64,000 nt of DNA from Octopus vulgaris (taxonomy: Eukaryota), in assembly GCA_951406725.2 (NCBI GenBank), contig OX597815.1:147126001-147190000 (forward strand). The letters are read 5' to 3'. The notes beneath the pieces are model-generated. The model was given only the letters and a program-made list of their open reading frames with translations, made no database searches and had not been told where the DNA came from. This document shows positions 40,500-54,709 of the stretch, in pieces. Position numbers and translations under genes: made by a program. Positions within the stretch are counted from its first letter, which is position 1, and each line of letters opens with the position of its first letter.

Positions 40500-40720
40500 G
40501 TGTGTATATGTTTGTGTGTCTGTGTTTGTCCCCCACCCTCACTTGACAACCGATGCTGGTGTGTTTACGTCCTCGTAACTTAGCGGTTCGCCAAAAGATA
40601 CGGATAGAATAAGTACTGGGCTTACAAAGAATAAGCTCTGGGGTCGATTTGCTCGATTAAAGGCGGTGCTCCAGCATGGCCACAGTCAAATGACTGAAAC
40701 AAGTAAAAGAGTAAAAGAGT
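40500..40720 (+). mobile_element. Composite SINE 3' part
   Basis: CTTGACAACCGATGCTGGTGTGTTTACGTC..GGCGGTGCTCCAGCATGGCCACAGTCAAATGACTGAAACAAGTAAAAG. Confidence 0.8.
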
Positions 40721-40761
40721 ATATATATATATATATACACACACACAAGCACAAACACACA

Positions 40762-40792
<31 letters not shown>

Positions 40793-41571
40793 CACTAGCT
40801 GCAACATTTGATCGAGTATTCAAATAAATATTCGTTAGGGAGAGTACATTCACCCAAAAAACATGTTTGCTATAAATTTAGATGTTTTACTGTTAGATCC
40901 GTTTTTGCAAACGTCTAATTCTCATACTCTAAAATCGAATAATAATTAGCTTATCTGAATCTGATTTCGAATTTTAGATACTGTGCAACGTACATTTATT
41001 TCAATTACTAAAGAATTCATGTGGTACTTGAGCAAACACACCTTCTCTCCCGTCACACATATGCATATATATGTATCAACTCCACGGCCAAATACCATCA
41101 TATCCATATGTTAACAGTATACTCACATATTTTATATTATACTCATCATTTGATTTATTTTCCGTTTTAACGTATACTGTTTCAAACTGTGTATGACAAA
41201 ACTCATAATTATTATTTATTTCGTATTTTCAGGAAGTTTTTCTCATTTATTGTTTCATTACATATTTCCCACAATTTTAATAGTGCATTTTATGAAATCT
41301 AAAGTGGCAGGCATACGGTGTATAATTTTTAGTTATATATATTTTGCCTTGGCATATACAAATAAATGAGACGGGGGCTAATTGTTTTTACTTCATTCAA
41401 ATTGTTTATTAAATTTCATAGTAATTTGATTTAGTTATACCAACGTGTATAAATATGAAATGAATGAATGAGAGTTGACTTGACTTGCTTTGTTCAGTAA
41501 TCAAGTACCGAGACATGTGTGTGTGTGTGTGTATACACACACACACACATACATATACTTTGATACTTTCA

Positions 41572-42000
41572 TAAGTTTCAGCCAGTATGGGTCCAGGCTA
41601 TGTCTGACTTATTAGCACCACCTGGCATAGTCATTTAAATCAGGAATCAGACAACATGGACCACTCAAGGAGAGAGTTATTGTTTACAGATATATCCGGG
41701 ATTTTTAAAGCGATTTGTCCAAAGACTTATTGAATTTTAAGGGGTCTGTTTCTGCTGTAATGTATTTTAGTTAAATGTTGGAGAACGCAGTGCTAATTGA
41801 GGTGAAATAATTGTGGTGTATTGTGTGGTGCGAGTATGATTTTATATTGTAGGCGGATAGTACGGGGTTCAGGTCTTGGGTGTATCTTAAAGGTGAGGCC
41901 TACAACATCTGGGCAAAGCTAATGGAATATTTTCCACATCATGCAGATGATGTAGCGTTCACGGCAGCGGCGTTGGAGAGAATAAAGCTTGAGGTTTTCT
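41572..42000 (-). mobile_element. 5'-truncated relative of the 20-25 kb LINE
   Basis: LKLYSLQRRCRERYIICMMWKIF..LTFKIHPR and a conserved 3' UTR block GGTGGTGCTA.TAAGT.AGACAT.GCCTGGACC. Confidence 0.88.
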
Positions 42001-42049
42001 GGTGCACCCCAATAATATATATATATAGACACACACACACACATATATG

Positions 42050-42113
<64 letters not shown>

Positions 42114-42118
<5 letters not shown>

Positions 42119-42775
42119 TTAATGTAGGATAAAATTTTTTCGGAAAAAATTTTTTTTATCAATGGCCAGCATATTAAAAAATACCTTTAAAGGTTAAAAT
42201 TATAAATCACTTATAAATAAGGGCAAACGAAAAAAATTCTAATGCCAAATATGCCGAAATTGGAACTATTGTCCGTAACCATGTAATTTTTCTCAATATG
42301 CACGTTACTCGAAAAAAGGCCGACAGAAATTTCTAAAACATTCCATTATTACCATATCAGACCGATTTCAGGGTTAGTTCGTAAGAACCCTCCCTTCGTC
42401 AGTGATAAATGTGGCAAAAGAAATAAATGAGATACTTACTAATACCCATGGAAGAAGCAAAACACTAAGTCATGAGCACAATTAAGTACTCCAAATACGT
42501 CCCAAATAGAAATACTCCAGCCCATTCAAGACAGGTGCGATTTGAACTGAGGCTCTCACAGAGTGAGAGTGTCCGGAAGTGAACACTTAAATTTATATTT
42601 AATGTAGGATAAAACTTTTTCTAAAAAAAATTTTATCAATGGTCACCATATTAAAAAATACCTTTAAAGGTTAAAATTATAAACAACTTATAAATAAGGG
42701 GAAACGAAAAAAAATGCCAAATATGCCGAAATTGGAGCTATTGTCCATAATCAAATAATTTTTCACAATATATGC

Positions 42776-42777
<2 letters not shown>
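42114..42777. mobile_element. Hammerhead-containing partial tandem unit (480-bp period) in (TA)n
   Basis: About 185-bp direct repeats at 42114-42302 and 42594-42777; TA tracts on both sides. Confidence 0.75.
42355..42407 (-). ncRNA. Type I hammerhead ribozyme, canonical core
   Basis: TATCA-CTGACGA-AGGG(AGGGTTC TTAC GAACTAA)CCCT-GAA-ATCGGT-C-TGATA; GUC site. Confidence 0.8.
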
Positions 42778-42852
<75 letters not shown>

Positions 42853-42887
42853 CATATATGTATATATATATACATGTATATATATGC

Positions 42888-42968
<81 letters not shown>

Positions 42969-43022
42969 TATACATATGTATATGAAAGAAGGTTTGAAAA
43001 TGCAATTTTAAAAGATGTTTAT

Positions 43023-43068
43023 TTTCTTGACCGGTTTCACTTTTCTCGTAAATGATTCTCAAAAGTAA
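43023..43068 (-). ncRNA. Hammerhead-like motif, U3-A8 core, weak stem II
   Basis: TTACTT-TTGAGAA-TCATTTACGAGAAAAGT-GAA-ACCGGT-C-AAGAAA; palindromic ACCGGT. Confidence 0.5.
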
Positions 43069-43483
43069 CATGTAAAAAGATTTGTTGTGTTAGGTACTGG
43101 TTCTCACAAAATATTACAATACATATATACATTCTTTGATAATAATAAGGACATGTTAAAAACAGTTTACAAGGAAAAATCTTGGGAAAATATAAAAAAG
43201 TTCATTAAAATATTGGACACAATGTTGATAATAATAAGATGTTAAAAACAGTTTGCAGGAAAACTTTTTTTGAGAAATTATTAACAAGTTCATAAAACCT
43301 ATTAGGATTTCATTAAACATCATGTTTGTTTGGAAGTATCTATAAATATACACAGAAAATCATAAGTTCAAAAATGTCATATATATATATACACAGAAAG
43401 AGATATATGCACATGCATAAATACGTACATATACATAGTGCAAACATGTACAGGCACACAGACACGTGTATATATGTTTATAC

Positions 43484-43538
<55 letters not shown>

Positions 43539-43620
43539 GGTCCTGGGTTGAGCCGGGGTTAACCACAGTAAATAAGGTACTCAATACATAGCAGAGTAAA
43601 TTAATTTATTTTATAGAAGG

Positions 43621-43671
43621 AGCTTCTACAGGACTAGAACTGTTTCATTCAAATGAAATCATCAGGAAGCT
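43621..43671 (-). ncRNA. Type I hammerhead ribozyme, canonical core, 4-bp stem III
   Basis: AGCTTC-CTGATGA-TTTCATTTGAAT-GAA-ACAG(TTCTAGTC)CTGT-A-GAAGCT; GUA site; stem II short with a mismatched closing pair. Confidence 0.72.
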
Positions 43672-44846
43672 TGGTGTCAAGAATAGTTTTGGCAATTATA
43701 CATTTAGGCAGATTTAATGGGGTGGTGGTGGGGGACTTTTTTGGGGTAGGCAGGGCACAAACTGTCTTTCTTAGGGGAGTGGTCAAAAGAATCAGTGGTA
43801 AAGTAGATAAATGAATAAATAGAATAATAGAAAAGAGTTTTAGGTAAATAAGAAGACTATCGCTTATATATATATATATAGATATACATATATATATACA
43901 CATATACATATATATATATACATATACACATATATACATTTACATATATACAAATACACATACTCATACATACACACACACATATATACATACACACATA
44001 TACATATATACATACATATATATATACAAATACACATACACATACATGCCAACATGCAAGCACACGCACACATATATCTACATATATATATATATATATA
44101 AGAATATACACACCCATACACACATACATATATATATACAAATATATATATATATACATATATATATGTATACATGCACACACATACACACACATTTCCT
44201 CCCTTATTTTATTTTTATTTTTATTTTGACCTCTTCAGAGTCATAGAGGGTGTAATATATGACCTACCTACCCGCCGACACACATTCAGTGGCGCTGGAG
44301 AAGACCGTCCCCAGGGTGCTAGCCGGCCTAAATGAAATCCCTTCCTTCCTATCTCTCTTCCCACAGATACGAACGCCAACACTCACACCCACACACACAC
44401 ACTCACACGCACACTCATACACATACACAAACACATATGTTCTCTCGCTCATTTCCTTATCATCCACTCATACTTATGTATGTATCTCTCTCTACAGGCG
44501 CATATATACATATATATGCATATATGTATACACATACATATACACACACAAGTACACATATTCATACATACATAAATGTACCCACTTTCACATAAACGCT
44601 AAATTGCTAATTCTGGATAACTCATCTCTACTGAGCATAGAAACAGATGTGCTATGTAAGATTAATTTTGAGGATCTGTTCAAAAACTTTGTTATTAAAA
44701 AATAAAGGAGAAAACTTTTCAAATATAAAGTGGAAGTATATATAAATAAACACTATTTACTATCTTACTGTTTGTTTTGTCTCATTTTGAAAAAAAAAAT
44801 TTATGTTTGGCTTTTGAACTACTTATATGTATGTATGTGTATATAT

Positions 44847-44891
<45 letters not shown>

Positions 44892-45651
44892 AATATGGGG
44901 GCTCCAAAGTATTTTAGGAGCTTAGGGCTTCTATGTATCTTAATCAGGCCCTGTATTAAGAAAAGTGTATCAAACACTAGATATAATGGTAATTAGCATC
45001 GGTACAGATTCACAGGCAGACCCTTTTGAACTCCATCCTGCTTTAATACTCGACTGGTATTCATTTTTGTTTACCACACAGTTGGAAGTTAAAACATATA
45101 AAAAATAGGATCTCAATGCGTAACGTAACCTTAAGCCACTCAGCTTATAAATAATTTTGGTTTTTCAAACCAATCTGACCCGAACTCTTTTACTTATAAG
45201 AAAAAAAATATGCACTTTATAGTGTGAAATTAAAAACAATACTTAATTACTTTATCTCTCCTGTAAGTGTGTGATGGTAGGACCATGTGATAGCATGTGA
45301 GTATGTGCGTATGTGTGACAGAGAAATAGAGAGAGAGAAAGAGAGAGAGAGAGGGAGAGAGAGAGAGGGAGAGAGAGAGAATATGTATGTGTTTTTGTGT
45401 TAATGTACGAATTATTATGTGCGCAAGCGAGCGTGCATGTATGTGCTATTGTGTGCGCTATGTATATATATGGTAAAATTTGTGAAAATTTTTTAAGATA
45501 GGTGATCAGTTTTATAGTTTGTATCTAACCCATTAGAAATAATGGCGCTTTTTTCCTGTTTTATGAGGTTCTTTCTTTTTTGATAGTTTCATTTATTACT
45601 TTTGAATGCTCATTGTCAGCACAATCGCAACATAAAATTTTAATGCAGCTC

Positions 45652-45708
<57 letters not shown>

Positions 45709-46449
45709 TGTGTGTGAATGCTTTCATTTGCTTTCATTTGCTTATCTTCGTATTTTTGCTTTGAGTGCAATCCCATTTATTTTGCTACCCCTATCTACAT
45801 TTATTTTCTTTACATATAATAATGGTTTATTTCTATTTTATTTTATCGCTTAGTTAGGGGACATGTGCAGTCCTGTGTTTTCTTTGCGGAACTTTCAAGA
45901 CCTGTGACCGGAAATACGAAGAATGCTCTTGACGAAATTGGAAAGGAATGAATTCTGCTGAAATTACCTCGGTGGGGAAGACAGACGAGCCAACAGATTA
46001 AAGGTACCAATCCATTAGGGACACGGCAGCCGGAACAAGTACAAGAAAGCAGCCCTATATTACTCTAAAGATTGCGCAAGTCCTTACTCATGGTTGGGTT
46101 TTTATTCGAAGATCCTGAAGGAATAAACTTGAACGCATCCGGATTTAAGTGAAGTAGAGTAAATTTTCTTCAACAATATGGGTTTATTTCTGGTGCTGAT
46201 TGCTAGTACTCCAAAATTTCTAGTTGCGGAATTGCGTTACTATCAAGCGATAAAAGTGTTGATTGTTCTTTTAAACCTTCTCCTGAGCGAACAAGCTCTA
46301 TGCAAATTATTATTGGATATTTATTAAGGGTACAGGCGTGGGTGGAATACAGAATGATTACATGTTGATTTCTTTGGAAGGCTGCTCTATTGATGCGTTT
46401 AACGGGTACACTTGTCGTTGTAACAGACGGAATGTCAGTTCTTATATTT

Positions 46450-46518
<69 letters not shown>

Positions 46519-47884
46519 CTTATCTCCGAGGGCGACAATACTAAGTTTTGGTTTAAATCTGCTTCTCTTGCAGGTATCTGAGTAGACATTGAGATTCTAT
46601 GTATATCGCTGACAGAGGAATCCCTGCTATCTCTTAACGTTCATTTGTGATAATTATTAAATGATTTGAATGCGGAAAATTAGATAGTTGATGATGGCGA
46701 CGTTTAAACAAGTCAAGGAAGGCATAGTTCCATGAGAAGTTCTCTTGAGGTAAATTTCGCAGCATTTTGTTTCCATAACAACGTCCAATTTTAAGCAGGT
46801 ATTAATATAAATTTACACAGTTTTATATATATAATGAAACAGCTGTTGGAAATTTTGCTCTGTTTACGAAACTGTTGTCATTCACTAACTTGATAGAAGT
46901 TTGTAAGGTACATACGCAAGAAATAACGTTCCGCAACACATACTCGTTAGTTCGATTATTCCTTTTCTAGTGGCATTTATCCTTGCTTCAATTGCCCATT
47001 TATTTCAATTTGTTATTGTCTGCAGTTCTTCAGGTTGGCTTCATGTTTTCTGTGCACTTTAACATACACTTTCAAGGTTATTAACAGACCTCCGTAACAC
47101 TTATTTCTTTGACAACGGGAGCTAGTAGAATTCCCGCTGAGCGGAGGCACGTGAATCCATTAATCTTCATGATATTTATTAAGTGTGACCGACAAAAGAC
47201 TACACATTTTTAGTTAAACTATAAGTTTTCTTCTTCATAATGTCGTGGTCTACAGCTATCTGCTTTTCCACATTCAGATCACTGACTGATTATCATAACT
47301 GAACGTAAAACCATCGCATTCAGTAACTGCATTGCCTTAATTCGACAATTACACACACATATACCCACATCATTAACCAACATCTCATTATTATGTAAAT
47401 ACTGTCATTATGTACAGTAATGAATTCTGTTAAATCTATCTAATGAAAGAAGCTGTCACCAAGGCACTTCTGATAACAGATTCAAACAATTTAACCTCGT
47501 GCTAGCTAATATACCCATGATGATATTTAATCTCTTCTTTCTTATCTACATCTACCCAACAGACGAAAAAGTGGAGATAGTGTGATATATTACGAGGAAT
47601 GTTAATTTTCAGATAAGACTTACCACATTACAATGTTATCACATCCAGATCTTACGGGTTCTCCTAAGGGTCGTCTTTTCTTATCAAATTTTCTTAGAGC
47701 CTTGTCTTACAAAGTTTTGTCCATTTAGTTCATTTAGTCTAGCACCATTTTATATTTTATTTCGAACCTTAGCCATCACTATTGTCTAAATTGCACCATA
47801 ATCTGCTACAGTTATCTTGAACAAGTGCAAAATACTTTACGTGGTATCTTAGCATACAATAAATGGTAGTTATATGTTTCTCTA

Positions 47885-47922
<38 letters not shown>

Positions 47923-50427
47923 CTGTAAAAAATGAAAAGACTCAATATGAAAGGAGTATTAAAGAGAGTTGCGTATAGGTAGTCAAACCTTGATCTCAGC
48001 TAAACCCCGCCACCAAACAATCTTTGATCAAAGATGTACTCATTAGGCCTCTCTACCACATCGTTGGCAGATGGTGCTCTCTCTCATTTACTCTTTCTCT
48101 CTCATTCACTCTCTCTGAATTTTGCATATTCTCTCAGTTGCGGTGAGAACAACCAATAGTTGTCATATGAAAACTGTTTTATATTTAAAAAGATAAATGT
48201 TCGGATAATATGCTTTGCATACGTATATCATGGGATTAAAAGCTTCACACAATTTACAAATGCTTGGTTACAACATTTGGTATCCTATGTAATCAGGGGT
48301 AAATCTTTTCAAATTTCCCTTTTCAACCTAAGAAATGAAGGGCATATTGTATGATAAAGTCCAGAATACAGTATTCCTTAGAGTGGATAAACTGTCCGTC
48401 TATTATTATTACGGTAGAAGAAATTGCTAGTCGTCGTAATATCATCTAGTTACATGCCATAAGTCAGATCAAGGGCGACCTTTATGTTAAACATCAAGAA
48501 CTAAAATAGTCACGGCTATAACGAAGAAGAGTGAAACATTCATTCTTCGGGCTAGAACGTTGCTTATAGAAATTGAATAAGCCTTTGGTTAAAATCTCAC
48601 TAATGAAGGAACATCGGCCTACTAACAATTTCTTATCACAGGCTGAATCTTAGAATGCAAGGACGGAGGGGACGCCTCTAAGAATGTTGTCTGGCATGTT
48701 AACAAGTCTGCCAGCTCACGGCCTTTCTGCCAATAAATAATAAAGAGTTATATTGATAAACGTAACCAAATATAAATAACAAGATATATCTTAATAAATT
48801 GTAAGGAGAATCAGTAGTGTTGTGACTGAAGATTAAATGTATTCCTCTAGTCTAGTTTTCTCTCTTTTCTATTCCAAATAAAAATTCCCTCTAAATTCAA
48901 CTTGCTCACTATATTAGACATATATCATCAAAATACTTGGTTTATATCATTCCATTATATATTTTGCTTTCTTTATGCAAGACATTATTTTTTCGGAAAT
49001 ACCTAACATATGAATTGTTCGATCATACAACTTCTATTTACATATTCATCGACTAACTCATAAATGTACGAACATAAATATCTATTATCCTTGGACATTT
49101 ATTGAAATATGTACAGATGTATTCGCAAGTATATTACCTGATAACGATATTATTTCGCACAAGACGAAATTGCGTAAGTATTTACAAATGATACAAATCA
49201 AACATACACCCATAGGCAGTTAAATCATTAAATATATTATTGTAGTATTGATTGTGGTATGAATAACATCACAGAAAAATATGTCCACACTGCTACGATT
49301 AGTTTTCATGATTGTGCAGTCTCTTCCCAACAATGCCAATCTTTATTATTTGCAATATTGGCTAAACATCTCATATTTAGAATAGGTTTGGTGCTATCAA
49401 AATTTACTATTTACTTTACATTGAACAGCTTTCAAAGGGGTTTACTTTGGCACTCGTTGTTCCATGGAGAAATTGTCATTTAGTTTAGTTTTCATGCGGT
49501 TGATTGCAGTGTTAATGGAAGTTTCGAGTCTCTGTTGTCATTAGTTTTATCATGTGATTGAAATACCAACGTCTATAATATCGTATTTTGTAAACACCTG
49601 CTCCTAAGAGTGCAAATCGAGATATATTGTCAGTGGTAATAGATGACAGAATAGAAGAGTAGAACTGCAGAATATAGAATGAGAACTGTTGTTTATTTGG
49701 TAGCTAGGGAATAGATCTTAATATCAATAGCATCAGGAGGAACCAAATACAAAGAAAATGTTGATATACGAATAAGTTTGTTTTTAGCGGAAATAATACT
49801 GTGTTGATTTACAGCAGTTATCGTTGTAGTACTAATGTTGTCGCAATCTCGTGACAAGGTGCCATTTACAATTCACAAACACCTCTCCAACAAATTTTAA
49901 CGATTCTCCGAACCAAATATATAAACTACATAATATGACATTCGTCCGTTTGAAGATTGTATAACGTCCAATCCCAGGTGTAACATGTGTTATTATGATT
50001 AAGGATTGACAAGTAAAGCAAACGAAATACAAACTAAGCCAGATAATGTCAAGAGATTGCAAATGATGTTTGTTTAACAAACTATAAAAAAGAAGAAACT
50101 AAAATCTATCATGAAATTTTTAGTGTGTCCTTTGTAGTTTAACATTTTGAAAACAAAGTTGAACTATTTCGCTATTCATGCAAATGTTCATTTTTTAAAC
50201 CTTACACATGTGACACATGTGACATTCTTATTTAATAGCCAAAGTGTTTATAGCGATATTACTACAACTGCTTGTCAAATCCAGATTACCATGTCAATAT
50301 TCTGGATGACTATCTCTGTTCCTCAGGGCTAGCTACAAGGATCTCTTGCAAAAATAGACAACTGATGACTGTTGCAAAATCAAAGAATACTTTAATTATG
50401 GATAATTATGTGAACAAAGTCTCATAC

Positions 50428-50458
<31 letters not shown>

Positions 50459-51316
50459 CATACATACATACATACATACATACATACATAATTATAGGTG
50501 CATCATGTTACGTACCAACAAATTAGCACACAATCCTAGAAACACTTTGTGTTACGGCCAAAGATTAAAAGAAACTGACGCGGATTCTCCAAATCCAATC
50601 TGTTGGCGACACAGTGATGTGAGACATTCCAGAAATTTTCCATGTGAGATTCTTTATGGAATAGATGCGCATACTTGGGTGTATGCATCGAGAGTTCAAC
50701 CAACGCACCAACTCAAAGACATATTTTCAAAAACAACAGGAACTCCCTTAACTCAAAACGTGTTGTCACTTTATCAGCAACTTAAATTAAACTCAAAGAA
50801 AAATTATACATATATATAGGTACATACATGCATACTACCTTCCCACATACACATAGACAGACAGACATATATTTACAAATTGCATTGTTTATTATTAAAA
50901 CAGTCACACATCATTGGACAGATCTTAGTCAATACCTACATGATCCGTATTGGCTTTGGAACGACTCTACTAGTTACAACAATAGAAAATGTGGCAAAGT
51001 TTCAGTAGAAATGGAACCTAATTCTGTTTTCGTCATCTATGTATCCTACATGTAGTGCACCATCAAAATGACAGTGTTACTAAATCACCAACAAAAATGT
51101 AATATATATATTTTCTTCCCTTCGGACTACAAAATTTAAAATGAACACAAAGAAATGATCCAATTACAAGAATGGATACATTATTTCATGGGATTTCGCG
51201 TTTGAATCATTTCTAAATATTTATCCAATCGCCATCCTCGTTCCGTGTTCTAATAATCACAACTAAGTACAGGGTTACCACTGCAAGATCGTATGTTTTA
51301 AACTTTAGAGTTCTCT

Positions 51317-51364
<48 letters not shown>

Positions 51365-51529
51365 ATATATAAGAACTCTTGCATAATGTACACACACATA
51401 CACACGCACACACATACACATGCACACACATACACACACTAAAAACATGTTTAATGTATAGGACTGTTTGTTAACGCAGAGTGAAATATTATGTGATGAA
51501 ACAGTCTCAAAATTACTAGTAAATTTAAG

Positions 51530-51740
51530 GGGGCAATCTCGCAGAATTATTAGCACGCTGGACAAAATACTTAGCAGTATTTCACCCGTCTTCATACTGA
51601 GTACAAATTCCAGCGAAGTCGACTTGACTTTTCATCATTTTGGTGTAGATAAAAATTTAGCAGTTCAGCAGTGGGGGTCTAGGCAATCGACTTAATCCCT
51701 TCCGCGAAATTGCTGACCCTGTGTGAAAATTTGAAATCAA
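51530..51740 (+). mobile_element. Decayed tRNA-derived SINE
   Basis: GCAGAATTATTAGCACGCTGG..AAATTCCAGCGAAGTCGACTT..CCTGTGTGAAAATTTGAAA. Confidence 0.7.
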
Positions 51741-51777
51741 TATTATGCATAAAGTAAAATGTTAAGCTGGTAAAATA

Positions 51778-52331
51778 TTGGGTTCAATGCCGATTTATAG
51801 TAGCTTATCTTTCGACTTATTTTAGATCATGGTTGAGTCCATAATTATGAATTGACTACACACCAACTTAGAACACAGTTTACGCTATCTTTTCGTGGAA
51901 GAAGATTTATGTTCTTATGACCTGTGTTAATTATGTAACCTTTTAAAATGGAAGATAAGAAAGTTCCATTTCGGCATTTGACGCTTTGGGAACCAGGCAA
52001 AAGTTGCTGCAGCTCGGTTGGTATGTGTTAATCCACCCTCCATATTCACCAGAAATTGCTACTTCGGATTTCCACCTATTGAGGTCTGTGCAGAATAATT
52101 TTAATGATAAAAATTTCAATTCCTTGGATGACGTAAAAAGATACCATGATGCATTCTTTGCCATGAAACCACCTCAATTTTGGGAGGAGGGTATCTTCAA
52201 GTTAAAGGACAGATGGAGACGCATTGTGCAACAAAATGGTTCATATTTGGTTGATTAAAAATGTAATAGCAAGTATTTATTGACCTTTTTCTTTCCTTTA
52301 AAAATCGGCACGTACTTTCCGGACAACCCAA
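51778..52331 (+). mobile_element. Internally deleted mariner (DD34D) element with TA target duplication
   Basis: Ends TA|TTGGGTT..TGCCGATTT and AAATCGGCA..AACCCAA|TA; N-terminal MEDKKV/HFRH at 51948 joined to LGW.VL.HPPYSPEIATSDFHL C-terminus. Confidence 0.85.
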
Positions 52332-53205
52332 TAGTTACCGTACCAGCCAAAATGTTTAGCGGCATTTCTTGCAATTTTACCTTCTGTGTTCGAACGCCAC
52401 TGTAGTTGACTTTGTCCTTCATCCTATCGAGATGAAACCAACATTATTAATAAAGGAAAATCACATTTTTGTCATGAAAAATAGCACTTTACAAGTATGT
52501 CTGCGTTGTGCTTTACTCAATATGTAGTTGAATAAGATTTAGAGGTTTACTCGTGACGTAAGTTGGATGCGATAAGTTTATATTACGGTTGGACAGTCGA
52601 AAAACGTAAATTAGTTGTGGTATCTGGAATGGTCATCACAGCGTGAAATCTAACTGGAAATAGCCGGAAGATATTCGCTGGTGTTGGAGACTGTATGTGT
52701 ATGTAGGTGGGTACATATGTGTTTCTATGCACAGGATTGAGTTACGGATTTTAGTTTAGCCAAATATTTAAGAGACTGTAAAAAAAATAACGTTTATATC
52801 TAAATGTAACGCCGTAGCAGGTAGAGCCACAGAACTGTGTTTGCCATATTGCTGAAAACGATGTCATATGTTTATTGTTATATGTAACTTAAAGGAAAAT
52901 ATGTTCATGATTTTATATGATTATTTAGAAGACATTTACTCATTTACTCTTTTACTTGCTTCAGTCATTTGACTGCGGCAATGCTTGAGCACCACATTTA
53001 GTCGAATACGTCTTGTAGTTATTCTACCCGTCTCTTTTTGCCGAGCCGCTAAGTGACGGGAGGTAAACACACCAGCATCGGTTGTCAAGTGTTGTCGGTG
53101 GGAGGGAGGCAAACACAGACACACAAACTTACACATACATAGTTACACACACATACATACATTCATACATACATACGTACATATATATACATATATATAT
53201 ATATA

Positions 53206-54639
53206 CAGTTGCGGCCAAAATATTCAGAAAGGCATTGTTTTCGTCAGAAAAGTAAGTATAAGTTTTTATCAAAGTAGTTTTATATTCTATAATTTTCACA
53301 GATAATACATACAATGTAAATTGTTATTGTCTGAGATTTCGGTGTAATTTGAGGGGATAATATAAAAGTTATGAAACATTTAGTGATTCACTGCAAAACC
53401 CAAGGCGGCCAAAATGATCAGAACGGTTGAAAAAATAATAAAATAATCATAAATGACAGAGAATACTGGAATTATTTAATATTTAGTGTGAAGCCCTTTA
53501 GCTTCAATCACACTTTGACTTCTTCGACTGCATGAGGAAATTAAATTTTCAATTTCTTGCTGGTTGATCTTATTCCATTCTTCCTGAAGGGCATTCCATA
53601 ATTGCGCAGTAATTTTAGGATTTCTGGCTTTCGAACGTTCTCCTAGAATATTCCATACGTTTTCAATAGGATTGAGATCTGGGCTTTGAGCAGGCCAATC
53701 CATAACAATAACCTTTTCAGCCTTGAGGAAGTTCATGACCACCTTAGCCTTGTGACATGGGGCATTTTCCTGCATGGATATGGGTGGTCGCTTAGTTGAA
53801 TTTCTCAGCACAGGCAAGACATGATCTTTTACAAGTTGTTTATAAACTCCTGCATTTACCTTTCCATGTAATCGCCCCAAAGGGCCCACACCATCTCCAG
53901 ATATCATCCCCCAAACCATGACACTTCCTCCATCGAATTTAACACTAGTCTTAAGGCATTTAGGCGACAATTTTTCACCTACTTTTCTACGAAGGTACCT
54001 TTTCCCATCAGAGCCAAATAACATAAACTTAGATTCATCACTGAAATGCACCGTTTGCCATTTTTCTTGAGACCACAACACATGTTCGGTTGCAAAGGTA
54101 AGACGACACTTTTTATTCTTGGAGCTGATCAGTGGCTTCACTGCAGGTGCTCTTGCTTGTAGGTCATGTTCAACTAAACGATGAGACACAGTTTTTCGAG
54201 ATAAAGTTTTCTTCACTACGATGCTCATTTTCCGAGAAACGGCAGCAGCAGTTTTAAATCTGTCCTTTTTAACCAACTTTACCATAGCACGATCTTCTCT
54301 CTTGGTCGTTTTTCTTGGCCTACCTGTAAACTTTCTTGCTTCACACGAACCATACAATCTTCGTAGACCTTAAGAATACCGTGTACAACACTTTTTGACT
54401 TGTTAACAATCTTTGCAATAGATCAAGTACTTAAATTATCCTTCCTTCGAAGCTTAATAATCTGCTGACGAATTGGTAACGGAGTAAGTGGCATTATATT
54501 AACAAAGTACACTGCAAATATTCTTACTAATGTTTAGTAAACGTACCGTCACATAAACAAATTCAAAACATTAGAGTTCGCCGGTTCAATATACTAAAAC
54601 ACGGAGTAAAAGCAACCGTTCTGATCATTTTGGCCGCCA

Positions 54640-54642
<3 letters not shown>
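53206..54642 (-). mobile_element. Tc1-family DNA transposon (1437 bp) in (TA)n
   Basis: Termini TA|CAGTTGCGGCCAAAA and TTTTGGCCGCCACTG|TA; internal repeat of the terminal motif at 53404-53429. Confidence 0.93.
53476..54494 (-). pseudogene. Tc1 DD34E transposase, inactivated
   Basis: GRPRK, FSDESKF, VMVWG, QENAPCH (second Asp replaced by Glu), WPAQSPDLNPIE with 34-residue spacing; N-terminus from ATG 54494 has TGA at 54423 and a frameshift near 54360. Confidence 0.9.
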
Positions 54643-54709
<67 letters not shown>

